Source: an uncultured delta proteobacterium (GTDB taxonomy: Bacteria > Desulfobacterota > Binatia > UBA9968). From it: 64,000 bases of DNA. Shown piece after piece: positions 56,716 to 64,000 of the stretch. The DNA lies in assembly GCA_963816145.1 (NCBI GenBank), contig CAWFJP010000014.1:288001-352000 (forward strand), written 5' to 3'. The notes beneath the pieces were generated by a model that did not search any database, was not told the origin of the DNA, and saw only the letters and a program-made list of their open reading frames with translations. The first letter of the stretch is position 1; each line of letters begins with the position of its first letter. The translations under genes and the position numbers were made by a program.

Positions 56716-57447
56716 TTACTTTGGGGTGCGGAGAAAGTAGGTTTGACCGGTAATATATTTCGCGGCATCGGAGAGCAGGTAGCGCACCAGGCCGACGATC
56801 TCGAATTTGTGCGTCAGACCGTCCATCAAAGGCGGGATTTCTTCGCGTTTTTTGAAAGCATCGTCGGTGAAGCCGATGCGCGACATTGGCGTATCCGTCG
56901 CGCCGGGACAAACGCAGTTGACCGTGATGTTGTTGGGCGCCAACTCGACGGCGAGGGATTTGGTGAAGGCGATCACACCGGCCTTGGATGCCGCGTAATG
57001 TGCCGAGCGCGCCTGGCCGGCGACGCCGCGGCCCGAGGCGATGCTTAGAATTCGGCCCTCATTGCGCGGAATCATATGCCGGGCGGCAGCCTGGGCGCAG
57101 AGGAACACGCCCTTCAAGTTGATGCGCATCAACCGGTCCCACATTTCTTCGGGCATGTCGACGATAGGCACGCGATCCATGACGCCGGCGCCGCAGAAGA
57201 CATAATCGACCTGGCCGTACTTCGCGATCGCCTGCTCCATCATCGAAGCGACGCTCTTGGGGTCGCCGACATCGACCTGCACGGCGATGGCGCTACGTTT
57301 GGTATCGCGAATTTCAGCGGCAACCTTCTCCGCCCCGTCTTTGGCGAAATCCGCCACCACAACGTTTAGCCCGTCAGCTGCCAGACCGCGGCAGATTTCA
57401 GAACAGATTCCCCCGGCGCCGCCGGTAACTAAAATTGTCTTTGCCAT
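56716..57447 (-). CDS. SDR family oxidoreductase
   Basis: TGGAGGI, INLKG, YAASK, VNCVCPG. Confidence 0.9.
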   Translation of the reverse strand: MAKTILVTGGAGGICSEICRGLAADGLNVVVADFAKDGAEKVAAEIRDTKRSAIAVQVDVGDPKSVASMMEQAIAKYGQVDYVFCGAGVMDRVPIVDMPEEMWDRLMRINLKGVFLCAQAAARHMIPRNEGRILSIASGRGVAGQARSAHYAASKAGVIAFTKSLAVELAPNNITVNCVCPGATDTPMSRIGFTDDAFKKREEIPPLMDGLTHKFEIVGLVRYLLSDAAKYITGQTYFLRTPK

Positions 57448-57619
57448 GAATTGTCCCTTCTCATCTATTTGAATGAAGTCTGGCGAAGCTATCACCGCGG
57501 TTTGCCTGCGTCAACTTTTCTTACTACCTTTAAATCACCGAAGTAGTCGCAAGCCGGAGTCGGCAGTTGTCGCTCATGGTTTTTTCGGTGTCACCGTTTA
57601 TTCCCTCGTCTCAGGACGA

Positions 57620-58975
57620 TCATGCCGGTTTTGATGGATCGCGCTGCCAGGGGTTAGCGACAAAGCGGCTCGCATTCGTCGCGGCGCGCCAGACCATGAG
57701 CGCCGCGATGGCGAGTAAAATTCCCATCAGTCCCCAGCCAAATTGTAACGACGACCAGGCGAGCGGAATCATAATCGCGGCGCCGGCGAGCATGGCCTTC
57801 ATTAGGTAGCGGGTGTCGCGGGCGCCGATCAAAAAACCGTCGAGAACGAAGACGACGCCGTTGAGCGGTTGGATCAGGCATACCAAGATCATGACGCCGG
57901 GACTTAACAGCGCGATCACAGCGCTGCTGGTGGTGAAGAACGCAACGATCGACTGCCAAGCGACAACGAAACTCACGGTGAACAGCAGGCCAGAGACGAC
58001 GCCGCAGCGTAGCAGAATCACACCCATGCGATAAGCGCGCTCCTTTTCTCCCGATCCTAGATATTTTGCCGCCAGCGCTTGGCCGGCGATGGCCAAGCCG
58101 TCGATGACGTCGGAGCAGAGCATGAAGAGCTGAAAAACGATTTCATATGCCGACAGAGTCGCAGCGCTTATGCGCGCCGCGGTGCTGGTGGCGAAGATCA
58201 GCGAAAGTCGCAATGCGCCGGTGCGGATAGCGAGATCCTGGCCGATGCGGAACAGCGGCCGCAGGCCGGCGGCGGTGATGCGAAAGGGGATCGTGCGGTA
58301 GCCGGCGGTCCCTACGGAATGAAAGAATAGTCCGAGGTAGAGAATTGCGCCGGTGAGTTGCGAGCAGCAAGCGGCGACCGCGGCGCCGACGAGCCCCAGT
58401 GACGGCAGGCCGAAGCGGCCGTAGATAAGTGCGTAATCGAGGGCGATCTGCATGGCTGTTATCGTAAATGCGATCCGCATCGGCACTGTGGAGTTTTGAA
58501 TGCCGCGATAGAAGCCCACCGAACAGTAAATCGACAAAGTGAGCGGCGCGCTTAAGATGTAAAGGCGAAAATAGTTGGCGCCCTGAGCTGCCACTACGCT
58601 CTCGGCACCCATCAGGCGGTAGAGAGATTCCGCGAAGATCACGCCGGCGCAAGCGATGAGCAGGCCGCCCGCCAGCGCGAGGAAGAGCGCATGAAGGTAA
58701 GTCTCGCCGCAGGCTTTGCTATCTTTGGCGCCGTAATGATGACCAATGAGACTAGTGGTGCCGAAGGTAAGGAAAGCGAAGATCCAGTAGACCGTGCCGA
58801 CGATCGCCGCGCCGATGGCACGAGCGGCTAGCGCTTCAGCGCTCAACCGGCCGATCATCGCCGTCTCGCCGATGTTGAGCAGCGGTTGGCTCGCTTGGGC
58901 AAGCATGGCGGGGATACCCAGGGCGAGAATATCGCGCAGGTCCGTGTGGCGCGAGGGTTGTGGCGAATCCGTCAA
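57620..58975 (-). CDS. MATE family efflux transporter (DinF-like)
   Basis: ILALGIPAM..ASQPL, GFYRGIQNS..PM, QPLNGVVFVLDG; about 12 TM. Confidence 0.88.
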   Translation of the reverse strand: MTDSPQPSRHTDLRDILALGIPAMLAQASQPLLNIGETAMIGRLSAEALAARAIGAAIVGTVYWIFAFLTFGTTSLIGHHYGAKDSKACGETYLHALFLALAGGLLIACAGVIFAESLYRLMGAESVVAAQGANYFRLYILSAPLTLSIYCSVGFYRGIQNSTVPMRIAFTITAMQIALDYALIYGRFGLPSLGLVGAAVAACCSQLTGAILYLGLFFHSVGTAGYRTIPFRITAAGLRPLFRIGQDLAIRTGALRLSLIFATSTAARISAATLSAYEIVFQLFMLCSDVIDGLAIAGQALAAKYLGSGEKERAYRMGVILLRCGVVSGLLFTVSFVVAWQSIVAFFTTSSAVIALLSPGVMILVCLIQPLNGVVFVLDGFLIGARDTRYLMKAMLAGAAIMIPLAWSSLQFGWGLMGILLAIAALMVWRAATNASRFVANPWQRDPSKPA

Positions 58976-58996
58976 GTTAACTTTGAAAATTCTATC

Positions 58997-59064
58997 TCAC
59001 CACGAAGGCACGAAGATAAGATGTTTAGATTCCGAACCTTCGTGTGGTTTGTGCCTTCGTGGTG
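58997..59064. repeat. CACCACGAAG-type palindromic element (uninterrupted)
   Basis: CACCACGAAGGCACGAAG...TTTGTGCCTTCGTGGTG. Confidence 0.8.
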
Positions 59065-59094
59065 GACATCCTGCTTCTTTGCAAGCGCGCCATT

Positions 59095-60003
59095 TCAATT
59101 GAATCGCGATGCGTCGGTCGGCCCGAGCGACCAGTTGACGGTTTCCGGATGAATGATGCGCGCTAGGATTTCCAGGCCGTTGACCAGGCGCGGACCGGGG
59201 CGGCTGAAGTAGGCGTTGCTGTTGAGAGCGAAGACATTTTCGCTGCGCACGGCGGGTAGGTCGGTCCAGCCGGGCAGGGCGCGCAGCGGCGTCGATTCCT
59301 TTACGGTGCGCCGCACATCGAAACCGCAGGGCATCAGCAGAATGACTTCCGGTTTTGCATCGACGACATCTTGCCATTCGATTTTCGCGGATGGTTCGCC
59401 GGCACGGCCGATGACGTCGTGGCCGCCAGCGAGGGCAACCATCTCGGGAACCCAGTGGCCAGCGGTATAGAGCGGTTCGAACCATTCCAAGCAGACAACC
59501 CGCGGCCGGCGGTCCGGCTCGCGGCCGCCGACCTGGGCAATGCGCAAACGCAAATCACCGACCAGCGCTGCGGCGGAGTTGCTCTGTTCAGTGGCCACGC
59601 CGACGCGCAGGATATCGTCGAGTAGCTCAGCCAAGCTATGGGGATTCAACGAAACGATCGCCGGCGGGTGTGACAACTTGCCGGCGGCTCTGACGACCTC
59701 GCTGTAATCGAGGGCGCAGACCTCGCATAGCCCTTGGGTGAGGATGACATCGGGCGCGGCATCGGCAAAGGCGGCTTCATCTATGAAATACAGACCTTTG
59801 CCGGCTTGTAACAACTCGGTAACTTTGCGGTCGATCTCGGCGCCGCTCATGCGTTTGGAGTCGATGACGCTTCTGACGACGATTGGTTTATATTGAGCGT
59901 CGGCCGGGTGGTCGCATTCATGAGTGACTCCGACGATTTGATCGCCCAGCCCTAAAGCAAAAGCAATTTCAGTGGCGCCCGGCAGCAAAGAGCAGATTCG
60001 CAT
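59095..60003 (-). CDS. Cobalamin/Fe-siderophore-binding protein (BtuF-like fold, no signal peptide)
   Basis: MRICSLLPGATEI, VGVTHECD, TQGLCEVCA, GHWVPEM, FSRPGPRL. Confidence 0.85.
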   Translation of the reverse strand: MRICSLLPGATEIAFALGLGDQIVGVTHECDHPADAQYKPIVVRSVIDSKRMSGAEIDRKVTELLQAGKGLYFIDEAAFADAAPDVILTQGLCEVCALDYSEVVRAAGKLSHPPAIVSLNPHSLAELLDDILRVGVATEQSNSAAALVGDLRLRIAQVGGREPDRRPRVVCLEWFEPLYTAGHWVPEMVALAGGHDVIGRAGEPSAKIEWQDVVDAKPEVILLMPCGFDVRRTVKESTPLRALPGWTDLPAVRSENVFALNSNAYFSRPGPRLVNGLEILARIIHPETVNWSLGPTDASRFN

Positions 60004-60242
60004 GGTCGATGCATAGCGTATGTAGCGGCTAGATGCTACCGAAAATGGTTCATGTCTCTGCAATATCGGCCGTGAAAAGTTTTGGCGGAGAAAAAATTTT
60101 GGTATGTTTTGCGTCAGTCTGCTGGTTTCCTCGCTCGGTGCGCCCGGTGCGCTTTTTGTCGGTCGCTTGCTCAGCCTTGCCGTGGTGGCGGGAGCGGCAT
60201 TCACAGTACCGGCGATCAAGATTTTCGAACCGGAGAAAATTA

Positions 60243-60321
60243 AGGAGTGAGTAGTAAATAGTCAGGAGCGACGAACGAAGTATTCCGATACGAAACCCCT
60301 AACTCCTTACTACTCACTCCT
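60243..60321. repeat. Inverted repeat with perfect 15-bp arms
   Basis: AGGAGTGAGTAGTAA (60243-60257) / TTACTACTCACTCCT (60307-60321). Confidence 0.8.
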
Positions 60322-60328
60322 AACTCTT

Positions 60329-61114
60329 CTAGATTCCCGCGTACCATTCGTAACCTTCGTCTTCCCAGTAGCCGCCTTTCCCGGAGGCAATTTTGTCGAA
60401 GCTGGCAACGAATTCCAAAGATTTAATATATTTCGCCTGCTTGTAACCAAGCTGGTTTTCCACCCGCAGGCGCAGCGGCGCACCGTTGGCGACCGGTAGC
60501 GGTTTGCCGTTCATCTCATAGGCGAGAATGGTTTGCGGATGGACGGCATCGATGAGGTCGATGCTTTCGTAATAGTTAGCGCCGTCGCTGTCGCTGTCCA
60601 TGCAGCGGATGACCACATACTTCGCCTCCGGCGTTGGCTGAACTTTGTCGATGACCTCTTCGAGACGCACGCCCTTCCATTTGGCGATGGCGCTCCAGCC
60701 CTCGACGCAGTCGTGTCGGGTGATCTGCGTGCGCGATGGCAGGGCCTGCAAATCCGCCAGGGAAAAACTCGCCGGCTGCTTGACCAAACCGGTCACTTCG
60801 AGCTTCCAACCGCCAAACTGATTGGCCGCGTCGGCGGCGTATTCCAGCGTAATGGGCGGCGGGTTGCCATTGCTACGAAACTTGGGCGAGATGTCTTTCT
60901 CGCTGAATTCCTGAGCCAGTTTGTGACGGCTGGCGAGAAGTCTTTGCACTCGGCGGTTGCCGCCTTCGGCTTTGGCTAAGATCGACCTGACGGTTTCGTT
61001 ACGGCTAAGACTATTGAACGCTTTTTCGCAGCCGGCGAAAAGCAAAAACGCCGCGCCGTTGAGCGCCCCGAGAAGTAGATTGCGTCGGGAGAAGTTGGTA
61101 TCGGTCTTAGCCAT
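60329..61114 (-). CDS. Tat-exported molybdopterin oxidoreductase (sulfite oxidase/MsrP-like)
   Basis: SRRNLL Tat motif, TRHDCVEGWS, HPQTILAY, NGAPLRLR, LGYKQAK, GGYWED.GYEWYAGI. Confidence 0.88.
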   Translation of the reverse strand: MAKTDTNFSRRNLLLGALNGAAFLLFAGCEKAFNSLSRNETVRSILAKAEGGNRRVQRLLASRHKLAQEFSEKDISPKFRSNGNPPPITLEYAADAANQFGGWKLEVTGLVKQPASFSLADLQALPSRTQITRHDCVEGWSAIAKWKGVRLEEVIDKVQPTPEAKYVVIRCMDSDSDGANYYESIDLIDAVHPQTILAYEMNGKPLPVANGAPLRLRVENQLGYKQAKYIKSLEFVASFDKIASGKGGYWEDEGYEWYAGI

Positions 61115-62009
61115 TTTTGCTCGCCTCCACGGTCGTCTCGGGATCCGCCGCCGCTGATTCGATTGTCAACGGCGGCAGGGGTTCGGTCGTGACGGTTATC
61201 GTCGTGGAATCCTGATGTGTAACTTTCTCCCGAAACCAACCGGTAATCATCGATCGCATGTTATTGAAAAATCCCTGGGTTATGACCATGAAGATATGGC
61301 CGAAGGCGAAGAAAAGAACCCCGAAGGCGATTACAAAATGAATCGTCCGCGCCGATTGGCGCCCGCCGAACATGGCCGGCAGCCAATTGAATGCCAGATT
61401 CAACTGCGGCGACATCGCCATGCCGGATAGCAGGATGATTGGCGCGAGCAGCAGAAAGACACTGGTATAGGCGATTTTTTGCAACGGATTGTATTCACCG
61501 AGCTGGGGCGAGTCTTTGCGCAGTTTTAAATAGTAGGCGATCATCGTCGGCACTCGGGCGGCGTCAGCCGGGGTGAAGAGAAATTTCTTCATGTGACCGA
61601 CGGCGAGATTGTAGACCACGTAGAGCAGCCCGGTGAGGCTGAACAGCCAGCCGAAAAAGAAATGCCAGCGGCGCGCGCCGGCGAGCGAATAGTACCCTGG
61701 CACGGTAGCCCAGCTCGGAAAGGCACGTTGGGTCGTGCCATTGGCGGTCCGCTGGACGCCGAGCACACCGGTGGTGTTTATCATCATCCCTAATATTTCG
61801 AGGTAGCCGTGCGTTTCACCGCCGCGCACAGTGGCGCCAATCGACAGCAACGCTTTATCGGGTTCCGAGGTGTGACCCAAGTAGAGGTGCGGGTGGGCGT
61901 TGAAGATCATCAATCCGCTCATCAACAGGATCATCGACGCTAGCGCGTTGAGCCAATGGGTGAGGCGGGTGATGCGATTGTGGCGATAGACCAGATTGCT
62001 CGCTGCCAT
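61107..62009 (-). CDS. Cytochrome b/b6-type membrane partner (thiosulfate reductase cyt b-like)
   Basis: RLTHWLNA, RRWHFFF, YNPLQK, ARTIHF, H...SMITGW; overlaps the Mo-enzyme gene. Confidence 0.86.
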   Translation of the reverse strand: MAASNLVYRHNRITRLTHWLNALASMILLMSGLMIFNAHPHLYLGHTSEPDKALLSIGATVRGGETHGYLEILGMMINTTGVLGVQRTANGTTQRAFPSWATVPGYYSLAGARRWHFFFGWLFSLTGLLYVVYNLAVGHMKKFLFTPADAARVPTMIAYYLKLRKDSPQLGEYNPLQKIAYTSVFLLLAPIILLSGMAMSPQLNLAFNWLPAMFGGRQSARTIHFVIAFGVLFFAFGHIFMVITQGFFNNMRSMITGWFREKVTHQDSTTITVTTEPLPPLTIESAAADPETTVEASKNG

Positions 62010-62120
62010 GTGCCAGTTCCTTTGCGCCGTCGGCGCGGCGGTAGGTCGTACAGTTTTGTGTATTAGATGACTGAAACAGAGCAATGGATGCAGTGAAGCG
62101 GAATCACGATGCGGTCCGCC

Positions 62121-63455
62121 TTAGGCGACACCCTTGCCCAATTCAGTTGTGCACGGGCATTGATCGGGGAAACGCACGCAGTCAAGTTCCGGTTTCGATT
62201 TCGCGACGGCGGGTGCCGTTTGTTGCACTTGGGCGCGCAGTCGCTCGGTGATGAAAAGCCAGACCAGCACTGTTGCCAAAGTTAGCCAAGCCATCCATCG
62301 CGTATCCAGCGTCCCTCTGACATTTCCGCCGGGGGCGACGTGCTGCACCCAGACATACAATCCCGCGGCGGCGAGCCCCTCGGCAATGCGCGCGCCAACG
62401 CCATCGACGGCGATTTTGACCAATGAGCGTTCGCTGGAATCGACCGGGATAAACGCTTGCTCCCAAATCGAGCGGTGCACCGACGAGCGCAGGCCGCCTT
62501 CGGTCACCCGCAGCACCGACAGGCTGAAGGCGGTGGCAGCCGCGCTGGCAAACCCGGCGCCGCCAATCAGGGCGAAGGGCAGGATCATCAAACCGCCGCC
62601 GACGCCGATCTTGTTTTGGATTTTCGGTGTGACGAAGAGCTGCAAGAGCAGCGAGCCGAAATTTAGCATGATGTAGAAATTGGCAAAGAAATTGGCATTG
62701 CCTTTGGAGCCCATGCCGGCGCCGGTGGCGGAGATATAGAACTGCACGTCGATCAGCAATCCTGCCAGGGCCCCGCTCATCGCGACCAATAGCAGCGTGA
62801 AGGCGTATGGCTTGGCCAGCGGCGCAAGATACCCGGCGGGCTTTCCTTCCTTGGCTCGTTGCGACGCAAGGTTGGTCGGAAACTTCCGGTGCGCTTGGAT
62901 GACTAACCCGACGACGACGAGGATCATCAGAGCGCCGATGAAGATCAGCCATTTCGGTTCGATAAGCGGGCTGATTGTTTTGGCGATGAAGCCGCCGGTC
63001 ATGCCGCCGCCAAGCGAGCTGGCGCCGATCTTGGCGAATGCGGCGGCCGACTGTGCATTGGGCGTGGTCTCGAAAATGTCGCTGGCGAGCAACCACAGGC
63101 TCGCGAACATGACGCCGAAAGCGCTTGGGATAAAGATGAAAATATTGAACAGCAGCGTCGATTCACCGGCATAGAGAAACGGCGCAGCCATAGCCAGCAC
63201 TCCGGCAGCGAAAAACATCAACCCGACCCGCGCCGGCCGCGCGCCGAAGCTCTTCATCGCTTTGACGAACAATATCGCCAACGGCAGGGAGGCCGCCGTG
63301 ATCATCATGGTCGCCGCCGGCAGTTGAAATATACCTTTGCCCTGAAAGAACAGCGCGTCACGGCCGGTCTTGGCGATGATGAACGCCGCTGTCAGTATGC
63401 CGAGACACAGTGCCGGATAAGTTGTTTTAGCGCGGAGATTGACGCGATTGGACAT
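62121..63455 (-). CDS. Npt/TLC (ATP/ADP translocase-like) MFS-fold membrane protein
   Basis: AKTGRDALF, W..ASDIF, FFANFY, LQLFVT, LRSSVHRS.WEQAFIPV. Confidence 0.65.
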   Translation of the reverse strand: MSNRVNLRAKTTYPALCLGILTAAFIIAKTGRDALFFQGKGIFQLPAATMMITAASLPLAILFVKAMKSFGARPARVGLMFFAAGVLAMAAPFLYAGESTLLFNIFIFIPSAFGVMFASLWLLASDIFETTPNAQSAAAFAKIGASSLGGGMTGGFIAKTISPLIEPKWLIFIGALMILVVVGLVIQAHRKFPTNLASQRAKEGKPAGYLAPLAKPYAFTLLLVAMSGALAGLLIDVQFYISATGAGMGSKGNANFFANFYIMLNFGSLLLQLFVTPKIQNKIGVGGGLMILPFALIGGAGFASAAATAFSLSVLRVTEGGLRSSVHRSIWEQAFIPVDSSERSLVKIAVDGVGARIAEGLAAAGLYVWVQHVAPGGNVRGTLDTRWMAWLTLATVLVWLFITERLRAQVQQTAPAVAKSKPELDCVRFPDQCPCTTELGKGVA

Positions 63456-63724
63456 GTTTGGGTTTTGCGATCCTTTGTGAGAGTGAAGTTCATGGCGCGC
63501 GCTCTACAGGCACAGTTCAGGACTTCGTCACAAATCGCGCCGGCTCCGATCCGGTTTGTTAACGAAGTTGCCTGCAATATTAGTTCCGCGGCCGAGTATC
63601 ACTAAAGATTTCCTCGACAATGGGAAATCCTCGCCGTGCACTCGAACCACTGATCTCTCCAATTTGATCGTGCGCTCAATCCTTAGATGACGCTGCTTGG
63701 CGATTGGATGCGGTGCACCCGGGG

Positions 63725-64000
63725 TTACTCGCCGTACTGTTGAATCAACTTCGCCACCAGTCCGGTCCAGCCGGTCTGGTGACTGGCGCCGATGCCGGCG
63801 CCGTTGTCGCCGTGGAAGTATTCGTGGAAGGGGATCAGATCGCGCCAGTGCGGATCGTTTTGAAATTTCTCGGCGCCGCCGAAGACCGGCCGGCGACCGT
63901 CCTGATCTTGAGTGAAGATTCGTGTCAGGCGCTGGGAGATCTCGCCGGCGACTTGCCATAGGTTGGCGGTTTGGCCGGAGCCGGTAGGACATTCGACTTT
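63725..64000 (-). CDS. GH63/MGH1-like glucosidase, C-terminal part (5' end outside window)
   Basis: Translated by hand: KVECPTGSG...[35 protein letters not shown]..stop. Confidence 0.85.
   Translation of the reverse strand, partial: KVECPTGSGQTANLWQVAGEISQRLTRIFTQDQDGRRPVFGGAEKFQNDPHWRDLIPFHEYFHGDNGAGIGASHQTGWTGLVAKLIQQYGE

Overview
This GC-rich bacterial window has about 58 protein genes. I found no rRNA, tRNA, CRISPR array, transposase or prophage. Gene content (many stand-alone NitT/TauT-type binding proteins, LigAB, LLM and amidohydrolase genes, split gcvPA/gcvPB) resembles Candidatus Binatia/deltaproteobacteria-like soil bacteria; this is an inference. Housekeeping genes include mutM, folD-gcvTH-PA-PB, tatA, an ECF sigma/anti-sigma pair, class I aldolase, yajQ, msrB, gloB and pcs. 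Five things stand out. (1) A 9.4-kb co-oriented cluster (46.7-56.1 kb) encodes three heme-oxygenase-like diiron (CADD/PqqC/TenA-fold) proteins, a His-tailed EutA-like ATPase with no eutBC, a bicupin, a 4,5-dihydroxyphthalate-decarboxylase-like protein, a DHDPS-family aldolase and two binding proteins; it matches no pathway I can name. (2) A glutaredoxin/NrdH-like selenoprotein (UxxC, in-frame UGA plus SECIS-like hairpin) at 26287-26520 is missed by the ORF track. (3) A MoeB-ThrC-ThiS-CysM-NIL sulfur-carrier operon is present. (4) There are several palindromic mini-elements, two of them nested, one with a 5-bp target-site duplication. (5) Five genes between 18 and 28 kb are frameshifted, probably by sequencing indels, and one shift creates a spurious MoeB-ThrC fusion. 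All product calls come from motif recognition, not database searches.
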